64,000 bases of DNA from Candidatus Bathyarchaeia archaeon (GCA_049516875.1 JBEKSS010000001.1:192001-256000); one strand, 5' to 3'. Positions 10,434 through 21,236 are shown, counted from the stretch's first letter. Program-made: numbers and translations. Notes: a model not told the origin generated them from the sequence alone.

Positions 10434-11281
10434 CGGCTTTCGAAAGCCTCCTTAAGCAAGTTTGCCATTTCATCAGAAGACAAAGGAACAACGTCGCCGA
10501 GTTTTGCCCCATCCTTCATCAGCATCTGATAAAGCCTCGTTGCCTTTGGAATGCCGACTCCGACGAGGCGGGCTTCTTCAGATTTCAAAATCTCATGTGG
10601 ATCACCGTCCAGAAGGACCTTTCCTTTGTCCATCACAATTATGTGATCTGCGTACCTGGCTGTTAAATCGAGCCTGTGCTCAACGAGCACGACGGTGATT
10701 CCGAGGTTTCGGTTCAACTCATGGATTACTTCAAATATCCTTCTTGCACTCAACGGATCAAGGAAAGAAGTCGGTTCATCCAGAACAATTACTTCGGGCT
10801 TCATTGCCAGCACCGAAGCTATCGCAACGCGTTGTTGTTGTCCACCCGAAAGTTCATGCGGCGCTCTTTCCCTCAAATCATCGATGCCTGTCAGCTGCAG
10901 TGCCCAGTCAACATTCTTGCGCATTTCTTCTCTTGGAACCCCCAAGTTTTCAAGTCCGAACGCCACGTCTTTTTCCACAGACAAAGCAAAAAGTTGATTT
11001 TCTGGATTTTGAAATACGAGGCCCAAATGTTGTGCAAGCTCGTATGTGGGGTGTTCGCTGACATTAAGCCCCGCAACGGTTATTTCACCCCTCATTTCAC
11101 CCTGATAGAAATGAGGAATCAACCCGTTGAAACACCGGCAGAGGGTTGTTTTTCCGCATCCGCTTGGGCCTGTGACGAGAGTGAACTGACCTTTCTCTAT
11201 TCTTATGGAAACATCGCTGATTGACGGGCTAGTCCCGCCTGGATAAGTGTACGTCAGATTCGTCGTTTCAATTATTGCCAT
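10430..11281 (-). CDS. ECF transporter ATPase A
   Basis: GPSGCGKT, FQNPENQ, LSGGQQQR, DEPT. Confidence 0.92.
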   Translation of the reverse strand: MAIIETTNLTYTYPGGTSPSISDVSIRIEKGQFTLVTGPSGCGKTTLCRCFNGLIPHFYQGEMRGEITVAGLNVSEHPTYELAQHLGLVFQNPENQLFALSVEKDVAFGLENLGVPREEMRKNVDWALQLTGIDDLRERAPHELSGGQQQRVAIASVLAMKPEVIVLDEPTSFLDPLSARRIFEVIHELNRNLGITVVLVEHRLDLTARYADHIIVMDKGKVLLDGDPHEILKSEEARLVGVGIPKATRLYQMLMKDGAKLGDVVPLSSDEMANLLKEAFESR

Positions 11282-11336
11282 GTAAATAATGCCTGCCCAC
11301 TTGAAGCGGGTTGTCCGCTCATTTAAGAGTAACTAC

Positions 11337-12332
11337 CTAATTATGGTTACCCAGTTTTTCCTTCAAAAGAAACAGGCATCGCTTAAGCCCGATTTCTACA
11401 TTGCCTTGCCCGTTGACTCCTGCCGCTGTGGCATGTCCCCCGCCCATGCCATGCAGGTATTCGCCCAATGGCTTAGCTATGTCTTTTCCGAGATGAACAC
11501 TCGTTTTCTTGTAGAATTCAAGTGAACTTCGCAGGCTGATTTCCAGGTTCCCGTCTTTTGCCCCTGCCACAGCGGCAACATGGGCCCCCAGTTCTACCAT
11601 TGCCCGCGCAGCCGAAGCCTGATAGGCACTGACGTGTGATAAAGCGATTATCCATTCCCCGACCCTGAAGAGTCTGGTTCTCCTAGAAGCCTTAAGCCTC
11701 GCCACACGCTCGGAGAAATCCATAGGCAACGAAAGCAACGGCAACGTTTCTTGAGCGTTCACGCCTGCATCGATTAACCCCACAATGTTCTTTAACGTCA
11801 TTGAGCTGGCAAGGACAAAATGCCGCGTATCAAAAGCTATGCCCAAGAACAGAGCTTTGGCCTCGTTTCCACCGGGTTTTATTCCAGTTTGCCTGTAGAA
11901 ATCGTATACGATCTCACAGGTGGATGATGCCCCTTCATCCGTTATAGAAATCTTCGCGAGCTGCTTGGTTTCAGGGTGACCAGTGTGATGATCAACAACG
12001 ATGATCGGAGCTTTCGAATTCTTGACCCTTTCAGCCAAATCGTCCAACTGCTGGACAGTGTTCGTGTCGAGCAGCACTATGGCATGTGCTTTTTCTACAC
12101 TCGGTTGTGTCTTCACTTCTACAGCCAAATGTTCGAGGACATGCCTTGAAAGTCGACTTATCCCATGGGCCGCCCCAATTTCAACGTCCGTTTGAGGCCG
12201 TGACTGTTTAAGCAAGCTTGCAAAAGCATAGGCGGAACAAATTGCGTCTGGATCGGCATTATGGTGACAGAGCAGAACAACAAACTTGGCGTCAACCGCG
12301 TCTAGAAGGGTGATTATATCTGCGAATGACAC
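11337..12332 (-). CDS. DHH family phosphoesterase
   Basis: HNADPD, DHH, DT, GGGHATAAG motifs. Confidence 0.9.
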   Translation of the reverse strand: MSFADIITLLDAVDAKFVVLLCHHNADPDAICSAYAFASLLKQSRPQTDVEIGAAHGISRLSRHVLEHLAVEVKTQPSVEKAHAIVLLDTNTVQQLDDLAERVKNSKAPIIVVDHHTGHPETKQLAKISITDEGASSTCEIVYDFYRQTGIKPGGNEAKALFLGIAFDTRHFVLASSMTLKNIVGLIDAGVNAQETLPLLSLPMDFSERVARLKASRRTRLFRVGEWIIALSHVSAYQASAARAMVELGAHVAAVAGAKDGNLEISLRSSLEFYKKTSVHLGKDIAKPLGEYLHGMGGGHATAAGVNGQGNVEIGLKRCLFLLKEKLGNHN

Positions 12333-12625
12333 GTCAGTTCCCTCAAATGTTTTTCAGCAGAAGAAAATGCTTCTCTGACGGCTTCGTCAACAAGGTTCTG
12401 CACGTTGAAATTGCCCATTGAAGGAGAGAGCGTGACGGCCACATCAACCCTTAGCGCTACAGGTTTTGTACCTTCTGCTTCCGCGCTTATGTCTAGTGCT
12501 TCTATCTTCTTCGAAGGGACTTTTGACAGAACGTGTTCTCTGGCTGCTTTTTCAGCGATCAGACATAGCTCTTCAATCTGCTCACTAGTTAACTCTGGTA
12601 TTCCCAGTGCTTCCATAAACCTCAC
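12314..12625 (-). CDS. DUF3194-like protein
   Basis: Size, acidic helical sequence and conserved position between pfdB and DHH gene. Confidence 0.7.
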   Translation of the reverse strand: MRFMEALGIPELTSEQIEELCLIAEKAAREHVLSKVPSKKIEALDISAEAEGTKPVALRVDVAVTLSPSMGNFNVQNLVDEAVREAFSSAEKHLRELTCHSQI

Positions 12626-12642
12626 TTGGAGAGGATAATCGG

Positions 12643-13017
12643 CTAGGGAGGAGGAGAAGCTGGGTTTAGGTCTTGTTGAAGCTTTGTCTGTACGTCTTTC
12701 AATTGACTGCGTAAACGCTCTTCTTGTTTTACGAGAATTGTGGCTCGTGTGTTGAGCAGTTCCTTTCTCTCAGTTAATTCGGTGAGTACTTTCACCCTTT
12801 CAGATTTCATCAACAACGAACCTGCCGCCTTGTATATCACCGCGTCGTCGGTCAGTTTTTGCAGTTCATTCAAGGCTTGATCAATCTCGGTTACCTCAAG
12901 ATCCACCTGTTGCTTCTGCCCAAGAATTGACTGAAGCGTTTGTTGGAGCTGCTGAAGTCTGAGTAAACGTTCTTGAACCGGCGGCGGAAGCTGCGAAATC
13001 TCGTCACTCACTTCCAT
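12643..13017 (-). CDS. pfdB: Prefoldin beta subunit
   Basis: LPPPVQERL..QQLQQ, YKAAGSLL, coiled coils; start about 13011-13017. Confidence 0.92.
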   Translation of the reverse strand: MEVSDEISQLPPPVQERLLRLQQLQQTLQSILGQKQQVDLEVTEIDQALNELQKLTDDAVIYKAAGSLLMKSERVKVLTELTERKELLNTRATILVKQEERLRSQLKDVQTKLQQDLNPASPPP

Positions 13018-13267
13018 CCTTCCATCTGCACAGCAATAAGCTGGGCTATTAATTAACATTTTCTCAGATTACGTGAAGGTTCTCAATCCAAGCTGTTACG
13101 CCTTGCATCTTTGCTGCTGATTCTTGTTCTTGCCTAGAAATAGCATAGGCGTAAGTTGTTTCGATCGTTAATATGGTTGGCAGTGGCTTCGCCTGGAAAA
13201 ATCGAGGTTTGTTCTAGGAACGAGCATCGTAGAATTGAACGGGACATTCCCTGGAACTGCACGTCCC

Positions 13268-13555
13268 TCAAGACTGTGATTTCGAGGCTGAACTTTCTTT
13301 TCCTTCTTCTCCTTCAAGTGTCTTGAATACATTCAGAATGGAATTTATCCACCTCAGGTATGCGTTCAGCGCAGCACGCAGCGCAACGGTATCTTTGGCT
13401 TCAATCTTCAAAATCAGGAAACTTCCTTCTTTCGCCAAACTCGCCTGCGAACGGGCGCTGGTCGGACTGTTAACCTCTGGTTCTAAAGATCTGAGAATCG
13501 TTTCCAACTTTTTCCCTGAGGGAAACTTCAAGCGTACAGTTGCTCTTGCTTTCAT
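13268..13555 (-). CDS. pcc1: KEOPS complex subunit Pcc1
   Basis: SLEPE, A.DTVALRAALNAYLRWI. Confidence 0.9.
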   Translation of the reverse strand: MKARATVRLKFPSGKKLETILRSLEPEVNSPTSARSQASLAKEGSFLILKIEAKDTVALRAALNAYLRWINSILNVFKTLEGEEGKESSASKSQS

Positions 13556-13621
13556 TCAGGCATTTCCAGAAAATTGTTTGAAAGCCCAGATTCAGCATGA
13601 ATCCGACAGAAACGGGGAAGA

Positions 13622-13924
13622 CTAGGCGCTTTCTTCTTGCGCCGTCTTTAACGTTTCTTCTACCTGTATGCCTTTGGCTGAGCGTTTTGCCACTATTCCA
13701 AGCTTTGTGATTGGCGTGTAGGCCCCACCCGTATAGGTGAAACCGCATTTTCTGCATTTCCAGATTCCGACGCTTTCCCTTTTCACTCTTGAGAAACCAC
13801 ATTGTGGACATTTGTGCGGCTTCTTCATCTCTTGCATTACCTTAATGTAGCGCTTTCTGACGGTCGAACCATAACGGGGGCCCAGTCCGCGTGTAGGTCC
13901 AACTTTCTTCGTTCTGTTCCCCAT
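13622..13924 (-). CDS. rpl37ae: 50S ribosomal protein L37Ae (eL43)
   Basis: RTKKVG..GPRYG..RK, CPQC..GIWKCRKC..GGAY. Confidence 0.97.
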   Translation of the reverse strand: MGNRTKKVGPTRGLGPRYGSTVRKRYIKVMQEMKKPHKCPQCGFSRVKRESVGIWKCRKCGFTYTGGAYTPITKLGIVAKRSAKGIQVEETLKTAQEESA

Positions 13925-13931
13925 AGCGTCT

Positions 13932-14723
13932 TCACCAGTTCAGTTGCTTTCGCATTTCCTCAACTTTCTCTTTAGCTATTCTTGCCGCTTCGAACACTTG
14001 TTTCGGTTCGAAATATCCGCTTCCGCCCTTCTGAATCGCACATATGTTGCCGTCGTCATCAAATGCCATTGAAATCCTAGCGTCCATGACCTGTTCCTCT
14101 TCCAGCCACGGATCGACCACAAGCTTGTCGCCTATCTTTGCGCAGGTGACCGTTATGGGACGTTTCTTTATTGGAAGCGGCTCATAACCCGGCTTGATTT
14201 TCACTTCTCCATCCTCAACTTCGTACTTAGCCATTTTCGTGTTAAGCAACGCAGCCATCGCGGCCAATGCTGAGGCATCTATCAGGTTTCCATCATGATT
14301 CAACACGTAAACATCAACGAAGACCACGAACACCTTCTTCCCAGGCGCGATGCACAGTTTCTCCAGGTCAATGGCTTTCGACTCTCTGATTCCCCTGTCA
14401 ACGACCCTTGCCAGCTCTATCGAGTTCTCGTCTGGAGGTCCCGGTTCAAAACGGGGCGAGGCCAACGGCACAAGTTCAACGTTAACCGTTAAGACTCCTT
14501 CGTCAGGCGTGTCCGGAAACGGCTCACCCATCTCAATTTTTGTTCCAACGACAACTTCAGTTCTTCCAAGAAGCACCTTTGCTGAACCCTCTGCTCGCTC
14601 AATTATACCCTGTTCGATCTTTATTTCGCGATAGTCTGTCAGCCCTCTGCCGTCCAGACGTTTTCCTTTGGCGATCAACTGTTCAATCTGCTTTTTTTTC
14701 ACCCGAGTGATTACTGCAGCCAT
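13932..14723 (-). CDS. rrp42: Exosome complex component Rrp42
   Basis: RLDGR, AEGSA, FEPGPP, ELARVVDRGIRES, DGNLIDA. Confidence 0.97.
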   Translation of the reverse strand: MAAVITRVKKKQIEQLIAKGKRLDGRGLTDYREIKIEQGIIERAEGSAKVLLGRTEVVVGTKIEMGEPFPDTPDEGVLTVNVELVPLASPRFEPGPPDENSIELARVVDRGIRESKAIDLEKLCIAPGKKVFVVFVDVYVLNHDGNLIDASALAAMAALLNTKMAKYEVEDGEVKIKPGYEPLPIKKRPITVTCAKIGDKLVVDPWLEEEQVMDARISMAFDDDGNICAIQKGGSGYFEPKQVFEAARIAKEKVEEMRKQLNW

Positions 14724-15472
14724 TATTCTTCAGCCTCCTCCTTGTTCTCTTCTTTAAGATTCACGTACTTGGTTCTTAACGCTTCTTTCTGAAGAGCGTA
14801 GATTTGTCTGCATCCTTCAAGGGCCAAGTTTACTGCGCTTTCAAATTCGTCGGTTGACAGTGTTCCATCCATCTGCAGCAACGTGACGGCGTTCAGGTTG
14901 GGCATCAGAGCCACGGGAACATCAGCGGAACCCACCTTGTCCTCAGTGTCCATCAAGTCCAGCACGATTGTGTCATCCACTTTACCTGCTGCGCAAGCCA
15001 CGACGAGGTCTCGCATTGGGATGCCCGAGTCTGCCAAGGCCAAAGCGGCTGCTGTGATGCTCGCGCATCTTGTTCCACCGTCGGCCTGCAACACTTCAAC
15101 GAATACGTCTATCATTGTGCGCGGGTAGTATTCCATGAAAATGGCGGGTTCAAGCGATTCCCTTATCACTTTTGAAAGTTCGATTTCTCTTCTTGACGGC
15201 GCAGGCGACTTGCGTTCCTGAACTGAGAACGGCGCCATGTGGTAGCGGCATTTAAGAACCGTTCGGTCAGGAAGGGCTAAGTGTTTGGGATGCACTTCTC
15301 TCGGCCCGTACACACCTGCTAGAATCTTGTTTTTTCCATGTTCAATGTACGCTGAGCCGTCGGCGTTTGAAATCACGCCTACTTGAAGCTTCACCGGCCT
15401 TAACTCATCGGGCTTTCTCCCGTCCAGTCTTAGGCCTTTTTTATCAATTAATCTTTCAGGTTTATCATTCAT
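14723..15472 (-). CDS. rrp41: Exosome complex exonuclease Rrp41
   Basis: [25 protein letters not shown]. Confidence 0.97.
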   Translation of the reverse strand: MNDKPERLIDKKGLRLDGRKPDELRPVKLQVGVISNADGSAYIEHGKNKILAGVYGPREVHPKHLALPDRTVLKCRYHMAPFSVQERKSPAPSRREIELSKVIRESLEPAIFMEYYPRTMIDVFVEVLQADGGTRCASITAAALALADSGIPMRDLVVACAAGKVDDTIVLDLMDTEDKVGSADVPVALMPNLNAVTLLQMDGTLSTDEFESAVNLALEGCRQIYALQKEALRTKYVNLKEENKEEAEE

Positions 15473-16175
15473 TCTTCTTTTCCTCCTTTCTAGATTTTTC
15501 TTCTTTAAGCATCTTGGTTATGCGGTCTGTGAGACCGCTTGTGTGTGATTCTTCTTCTATTTTGAGAATCGCCATCATCGCCAACTGTTCGTCTTCAAGA
15601 GTCTTTCCCGTAATTAGCACGACTCCGTTGACGCCTAGGATTATGTCGCAGCCTGTTTCCTGTTTTATCATGGATATCATTGAGCCTTTTCTGCCTATCA
15701 CGCGGGGGATTTTCGTCGGCGTGACTTTCACTATCTGCCCGCGTGTTATCTTTCCGAGGCCAGGTTCTGCCACTGTCAACTGTGGATCGTGAGTCCTGTC
15801 GTAAGAGACTATTTTGGCAACCAGCAGGTCCCCTATGTCAAGAACTTGGGGTAAATCGTCTTTCTGCGGTCTGAAGGGTCTGCTCAACACGTCTGAAGCC
15901 CTCAGAAGGGCTGGGTACGGCGAGTTTATGTCAGCCGTCCACCCGCTGAACCCAACTTCCGTGATTGTTCCTATGATTATGTCTCCCATTCTTGGGACGT
16001 AAAAGGATTTCAGGGCGACGACGTCCACTTTTTTGGTTTCATACTCGACGATTCCAACTCTTGAAGCGTAAATCTTGTTGTTTTCCATGTACGTATTTTC
16101 TCCAGCTATGTATTCGCCCTCTGCGATTAAGTCGCCAGGCGTCACAAGCTGTCTTCTTTCCAAAAGTATTGGCAT
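15465..16175 (-). CDS. rrp4: Exosome RNA-binding protein Rrp4
   Basis: VTPGD, S1 domain, KH motif [19 protein letters not shown]. Confidence 0.96.
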   Translation of the reverse strand: MPILLERRQLVTPGDLIAEGEYIAGENTYMENNKIYASRVGIVEYETKKVDVVALKSFYVPRMGDIIIGTITEVGFSGWTADINSPYPALLRASDVLSRPFRPQKDDLPQVLDIGDLLVAKIVSYDRTHDPQLTVAEPGLGKITRGQIVKVTPTKIPRVIGRKGSMISMIKQETGCDIILGVNGVVLITGKTLEDEQLAMMAILKIEEESHTSGLTDRITKMLKEEKSRKEEKKNE

Positions 16176-16207
16176 AAAATCACTCCTTTCGGGTCATAAC
16201 AAACTCG

Positions 16208-16897
16208 TTAGGGGTTAATCTTTGCTTCTCCGTTGCCCTTGGTTATTTCTCCGAGTTTATCTAGGAATGGGGCGTACACTCCTGCCGGAATTTCCAAGAC
16301 TCCGTACCATGAACCGTTTGCACGCCATTCTTCATGTTTTATCGTTCCGAATCCCTTGATTGTTCCGTAGGCCCTCGTCGAATACTCCGCTGGTACGGTG
16401 ACTCCTACTGTTATTTGTTCCATCTTAAGGGGCAGAATTATCCGTAGAAGCTTGATTATTTCTTTAGCCTGTTCTTCCACAGGCTTGAAGGGGTCTATCG
16501 AGTAGCGAACTTGCTCCATGGCGTTTTCTATTCGTGTCGGCGGATGAGGAAGGTTAGTCTTGGGATCAACGCTCTGCCTTGCTATGAAGTCCACTATCTG
16601 TTTTCTCTTGTCTTCAATCATTTTCCTGCGCTGTTCGGTGGTCAGCTGCAACGTTCCCTTGGTCAGTATCGTCTCAGCTATTTTCAGCGAATCCGTAGTG
16701 CCGAAAGCCTTGCGCAGGTTTTCCTCTGGCGGTTTTGTGCCTTTGTTAGCGTCGGAAAATATCGTTTCAGCCGCTAAAACTTCGGTTATTGCCGCTATTT
16801 TTCCCATGCGAAAATCTAGGGCTTTTTGAGGTTTTACAAGCACTTCAAAGTGTTCGTCGTCTACTTTCATGCGTGCAACGGTGTACTTATCACTCAT
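16208..16897 (-). CDS. Ribosome maturation protein SBDS/Sdo1
   Basis: FEVLV, QLTTEQRR, DPKTNLPHPPTRIE. Confidence 0.96.
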   Translation of the reverse strand: MSDKYTVARMKVDDEHFEVLVKPQKALDFRMGKIAAITEVLAAETIFSDANKGTKPPEENLRKAFGTTDSLKIAETILTKGTLQLTTEQRRKMIEDKRKQIVDFIARQSVDPKTNLPHPPTRIENAMEQVRYSIDPFKPVEEQAKEIIKLLRIILPLKMEQITVGVTVPAEYSTRAYGTIKGFGTIKHEEWRANGSWYGVLEIPAGVYAPFLDKLGEITKGNGEAKINP

Positions 16898-16904
16898 CAG
16901 TGTG

Positions 16905-17633
16905 TCACTTGCCCACGCCTAGCTCTTTCATGATATCCTCAATTTTCTCGTCGCTCAGCATATCCATTTTCTTAGTTTCTGAGGACACCACTGCTACTTT
17001 GATCCTCGGCGGCAATTGTCTTGCTTCCAAGGCTTTTGCCAAGCATTTCACTGCGAGTTTCGTGGTTTCTTTGAGGCCCATCTCTTCTTTGTACTCCTCT
17101 TTCAGAATGTTGAACACTGTTTCTCTTCCAGCGCCTTCCGCTCTGGCTTTGTAGCCCCTGTAGGTTCCGCTCGGGTGGGTTCCGAACACGCGGTTTCCCG
17201 TCTTGTCAACGCCGACAAACACCATTGACACACCGAAGGGTCTTACACCCGCGTGTTGCGTGTAAAGCTGCTTTATGTCGCATATTCTTTTTGTCACAAC
17301 TTCAACGTCTATTGGTTCATCATAAGTCAGCTTGTTAGACTGAGCCATAACTCGCGCCTGATCTATGAGTATACGTGCGTCTGAGCTTAAACCAACGATG
17401 GCTGCACCCACGTGATCGTCTATCCGGAAGATTTTCCATGAATACTCCGTTTCTTCCAGTGGATCCACGGTTTCTTCGGCTCCAAGAACGACTCCTTCTG
17501 AGCATCGTATTGCAAGGATGGTAGCCCCGCGGTTAACAAGCTCCATTGCGTATTCAACCTGAAAAAGCCGCCCGTCCGGTGAAAAAACGGTTATAGCACG
17601 GTCGTATGCACCTGGTGCTGCAAACACTGACAT
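16905..17633 (-). CDS. psmA: Proteasome subunit alpha
   Basis: YDRAITVFSPDGRLFQVEYA, YTQHAGVRPFGVS. Confidence 0.97.
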   Translation of the reverse strand: MSVFAAPGAYDRAITVFSPDGRLFQVEYAMELVNRGATILAIRCSEGVVLGAEETVDPLEETEYSWKIFRIDDHVGAAIVGLSSDARILIDQARVMAQSNKLTYDEPIDVEVVTKRICDIKQLYTQHAGVRPFGVSMVFVGVDKTGNRVFGTHPSGTYRGYKARAEGAGRETVFNILKEEYKEEMGLKETTKLAVKCLAKALEARQLPPRIKVAVVSSETKKMDMLSDEKIEDIMKELGVGK

Positions 17634-17792
17634 CCATTTCATCCTCACAGTATATCCTAACTATTTGCAGTCTCTCATATGACAACTATACTAAAAACCT
17701 TTCCTATCCTTTTCAGCCTTTATTTTAAGGTCTCATTAACCGATGTCTTCGTGTCTTGATGCTTGGGTGAACGGAAAACTATTGAACTGAGT

Positions 17793-19019
17793 CTATTCTT
17801 CCCAGTTTAGCAGCCTTCTTTCTCCTTCAATCTTCTTCAGGTCGGTCAAATCCTGAGTGACTTCCATAGTTCCCAAATATTCCCCGTTCTTGTCTTTCAC
17901 TGCGAAGTATCGTATGTGGACTATGCGATTGTTCATTGTGATCCAGAATTCCGCCGTGTCTTTTTCGCCCGTTGTGAAGGCCTCGATGATTTTGTTGACT
18001 ATATGGACGCTTTTCTGAGGGTGGCACAGCTGCACGCTTCTGCCGATGACCGCTTTGGTCCTTACGAATATTCTCTTTTCAGCCTTGTTGAAGTATTTCA
18101 CACGGTCATTTTTGTCGATGAAGGATATGTCCACTGGCAACGTGTCTAATATTGCCTCAGCTTCCTCTTTTGAGAGGCTTCCAGTTTCAAACTGCAAGGT
18201 CTCCTCGGACGGTTGTACTTTTCTGGGTTCGGGTTTTGCAGCGTGAAACGGCGCTAAGACGTGTGGAGACGTAAAACTGGAGTATCCAATCTCGTCAAAG
18301 TCTCTCCTCACGTCTTCCCATTCTTTGTCTGGGACAACTTGAAGCGCAGTGGGGAATAGTATGTTGTTTTCTTTGAAAAAGTGATCTGGTAGGATGCTGC
18401 ACAATGGTTTTGCAGCTTCGCTCAGCCGTGTCTTGAAGTCTGAGTAAGGCATGGTGTTCCATTTTTCAACTAGGCCTTGGAGTTTCTTTTTTATCTCTCT
18501 TATTCGGTTGTGTTCCATCCACATTATTGCTGGAGGCTCGGTGACTCCGTGCTTTTCCATGGTTGGGAAAAGAACGTTTTCTTCTCGCAGATAATGTTTC
18601 TCTGAGTCCTGAAAATCCTTCTCTGCGCTCTGCAGTTCTGTCAATGCGTCGCCAACGTAGACGGAGTCGCATGCTTCTTCAATCATTTTCACAAGGGTTT
18701 CGAGTCTTTCAGCCCTTTCCAGTAGGACTCTGTGTTCTTCGATAAGGATGCTTATGGGATGGCCTGCGGGAATGTGCAGTTCTTGATCTTGCACCTGCTC
18801 GCCAAAGACAGCCAGATGGACGTCGCAGAGCCTTTGAAGCTCTTCTCTCGGCATTCCTTCCTTGACGAGTTCCTGTTCGATCTTGGCAATATCCTCGGGT
18901 TTCGTGCCCTTCAGGACTTCTTTGAATCTTTCTTTAACTTCCTTGGGTGACGCTCCCCCGTGTAACTCTTTGATTACTTCTTTCAACATCCTTTTCTTGT
19001 TTGCACTTTCCTTCGCCAT
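17793..19019 (-). CDS. DUF438 / hemerythrin / PAS domain protein
   Basis: LCDVH, GHP, KHYLREEN.LFP, MWMEH, FKENNILFP, C-terminal PAS (CHPQKS). Confidence 0.88.
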   Translation of the reverse strand: MAKESANKKRMLKEVIKELHGGASPKEVKERFKEVLKGTKPEDIAKIEQELVKEGMPREELQRLCDVHLAVFGEQVQDQELHIPAGHPISILIEEHRVLLERAERLETLVKMIEEACDSVYVGDALTELQSAEKDFQDSEKHYLREENVLFPTMEKHGVTEPPAIMWMEHNRIREIKKKLQGLVEKWNTMPYSDFKTRLSEAAKPLCSILPDHFFKENNILFPTALQVVPDKEWEDVRRDFDEIGYSSFTSPHVLAPFHAAKPEPRKVQPSEETLQFETGSLSKEEAEAILDTLPVDISFIDKNDRVKYFNKAEKRIFVRTKAVIGRSVQLCHPQKSVHIVNKIIEAFTTGEKDTAEFWITMNNRIVHIRYFAVKDKNGEYLGTMEVTQDLTDLKKIEGERRLLNWEE

Positions 19020-19084
19020 TTTAACACGCCTTCTTGATCGCTGAACTCATGAATTTCAGGATGATAAAAGTTTGGGGTTTCCTG

Positions 19085-20272
19085 TCAATTTTCTTCCTTG
19101 ATCTTCTTTGCAAGCGCCTTGCCAAACTCCACTATTTTGTCGATGTCGCTTTCGATAGGCGGACCGTTGATTTCCAATGCTCCAACGAGTTCCATTTTGG
19201 TCGGTCCCAGTGTTTCCTGGATGTGTTTTATTGCTCCTCCTGCCCATCCATAGGAGCTGAGGACCACCGCGTATTTTGTCGGTGGTTTCAGAGCTTTCAC
19301 TAGATAGGCTGCGTACACTGCAAGTGGATGCGCACCGCCCAAAACCGTGGGCGCGCCTAGGACGACGGCTCTTGAGTCGACCAGGTCCTTTGCAATATCA
19401 CCTATGTCGGCCACGGCCAAGTTATGCCGCACGAGTTCAACGCCTTCAGAGGCCAAGACATCTGCGATTGGCCGAATCATCTTCTCTGTGCTGTTCCACA
19501 TGGTTACATAGATTATGACTGCCTTTTGCCTGGTTTCACCGTTTGACCATTTTCTGTAAGCTTGAAGGATGCGTTCGGAGTTCTTGTGTATTGGCCCGTG
19601 GCTGGGGGCTATAGTTTCAATCTGTAAGTCCTTTATTTTTTCCATTGCTTTTTGTGCATTGAACCTAAAAGGCATCATTATCTCGCCGAAGTATTTCTGG
19701 GCAAAAACAAGCAGGTCATCCACTTCATTATCGTAAAGTCCTTCAGCGACGTGTGAGCCGAAGAAGTCGCATGAAAACAGGGTTTTGTTCTCTGGAACAT
19801 AAGTGAACATGGTTTCGGGCCAGTGGAGCATTGGAGCCTCAATGAATCGAAGCGTTTTGCCGCCTAAATCAATAATTTCTCCGTCAGCGACGGCTTTTAT
19901 TCTGTTTTCGGGAACTTTGTAGAATGTTTGTGCCATTTTGGCGCCTTTGCTGGTGGTTACTAGTTTGGCCTTGTTGTTTATTGACATGATATACGGGATT
20001 GAACCCGCGTGGTCAGGCTCTGCGTGGTTCATTATCACATAATCCAGATCGGCTGGGTCGGCGACTTTCCTGATTTTTTCGTCCAATTCTTTCTCAAAGC
20101 CCGGGTTAACCGTGTCGATGAGGGCTTTCTTGTTCTCGCCTATCACGAGGTAAGCGTTGTAGGTTGTTCCCCTTGGAAGGGGAATTAACGCGTCAAAGAG
20201 CCTGCGGTTCCAGTCTCTGGCTCCTACCCAGTAAACGTTTTTGAAGAGTTCCGCAATGTTTCGCCAGTTCAT
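19085..20272 (-). CDS. fprA: Flavodiiron protein (FprA family)
   Basis: GTTYNAY, NHAEPDH, HWPE, SHG plus flavodoxin domain SYGW. Confidence 0.93.
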   Translation of the reverse strand: MNWRNIAELFKNVYWVGARDWNRRLFDALIPLPRGTTYNAYLVIGENKKALIDTVNPGFEKELDEKIRKVADPADLDYVIMNHAEPDHAGSIPYIMSINNKAKLVTTSKGAKMAQTFYKVPENRIKAVADGEIIDLGGKTLRFIEAPMLHWPETMFTYVPENKTLFSCDFFGSHVAEGLYDNEVDDLLVFAQKYFGEIMMPFRFNAQKAMEKIKDLQIETIAPSHGPIHKNSERILQAYRKWSNGETRQKAVIIYVTMWNSTEKMIRPIADVLASEGVELVRHNLAVADIGDIAKDLVDSRAVVLGAPTVLGGAHPLAVYAAYLVKALKPPTKYAVVLSSYGWAGGAIKHIQETLGPTKMELVGALEINGPPIESDIDKIVEFGKALAKKIKEEN

Positions 20273-20319
20273 GTTCCGACACCTTCAAATTTGTATTACG
20301 ATTGTAATAAAGTATATTT

Positions 20320-20754
20320 ATGTCTTTCGACAACAGCACAGTGGAAGTCCCGTTGATGTCCGCGCCGTGCGAAGTGGCCGTGAAATGCGTCCTGCCCGTG
20401 GTCCGTGCCATGTTGGCCAAAGAGCTTATGGCAAAATATCGGTTGAAGCAGACGGAAGTGGCTGAGATACTCAGAGTGAGCCAACCGGCCATAAGCCTAT
20501 ATTGCAGGAAGATACGCGGTAGAGCCATCGATTTGGAAAATGATGAGGACATTGGAAATCTGGTGCGCAACTTCGCAAGAGCATTGGCCGCAAACAAGCT
20601 TTCACGCCGAGACTTAATTCCCAAGTACTGTGAAATCTGCAAGACGATAAGAGCAAAGGGTCTGCTGTGCGAGTTGCACAAGGCCTTCGATCCGACTATC
20701 AACATCGAAACATGTGAGCTGTGCAACAGGAACGATTCTCTGAATTGCATGTAG
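20320..20754 (+). CDS. HTH transcriptional regulator with Cys-rich C-terminus
   Basis: PCE...KQTEVAEIL.VSQPAIS.Y; CxxC, CELH, CxxC; divergent from fprA. Confidence 0.8.
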   Translation: MSFDNSTVEVPLMSAPCEVAVKCVLPVVRAMLAKELMAKYRLKQTEVAEILRVSQPAISLYCRKIRGRAIDLENDEDIGNLVRNFARALAANKLSRRDLIPKYCEICKTIRAKGLLCELHKAFDPTINIETCELCNRNDSLNCM

Positions 20755-20879
20755 CGTTCCTGCCGATGTTCTTCATCGACATGAAAGTTCTTAAGTTCGG
20801 CGTCTGAGAAACCGTCTGCTCAATTCAACGAGGCTCTACGTTCCAAACGCTTCTTGATGGAAACAAACTGAAGTTTAGT

Positions 20880-21236
20880 CTATGCTTTCTGGAGAAAAGC
20901 GGCTAGCGCGACTGCCTGGTTGTGTTCTTCGTCTTTTGCTGAATAGAGAATCGTCACTGTTCCTTTTTCTTTCTCTGCTTGCTTCATTTTGCGCAGCAGT
21001 TCTTGCTTGTCTTTCAACTCCTTTTCGTACCGTTTCTTGAACTCTTGCCATTTCTTCGGGTCGTGAGAGAACCACTTTCGCAAATCATCGCTTGGCGCGA
21101 CCTCTTTTAGCCACAGGTCAACCTTGACTTTGTCTTTGGACATTCCTCTGGGCCACAATCTGTCCACGAGAATTCGGAATCCATCTTCCTTGGAAGCCTG
21201 ATCGTAAACTCGTTTCATCCTTATCATTACAACCAC
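20880..21236 (-). CDS. DUF488 (YeaO-like) protein
   Basis: [31 protein letters not shown]. Confidence 0.9.
   Translation of the reverse strand: MVVMIRMKRVYDQASKEDGFRILVDRLWPRGMSKDKVKVDLWLKEVAPSDDLRKWFSHDPKKWQEFKKRYEKELKDKQELLRKMKQAEKEKGTVTILYSAKDEEHNQAVALAAFLQKA

Noticed and set aside
8818-11281. ECF module without an S component
   Set aside because: Normal for group II ECF transporters, whose S components are encoded elsewhere.
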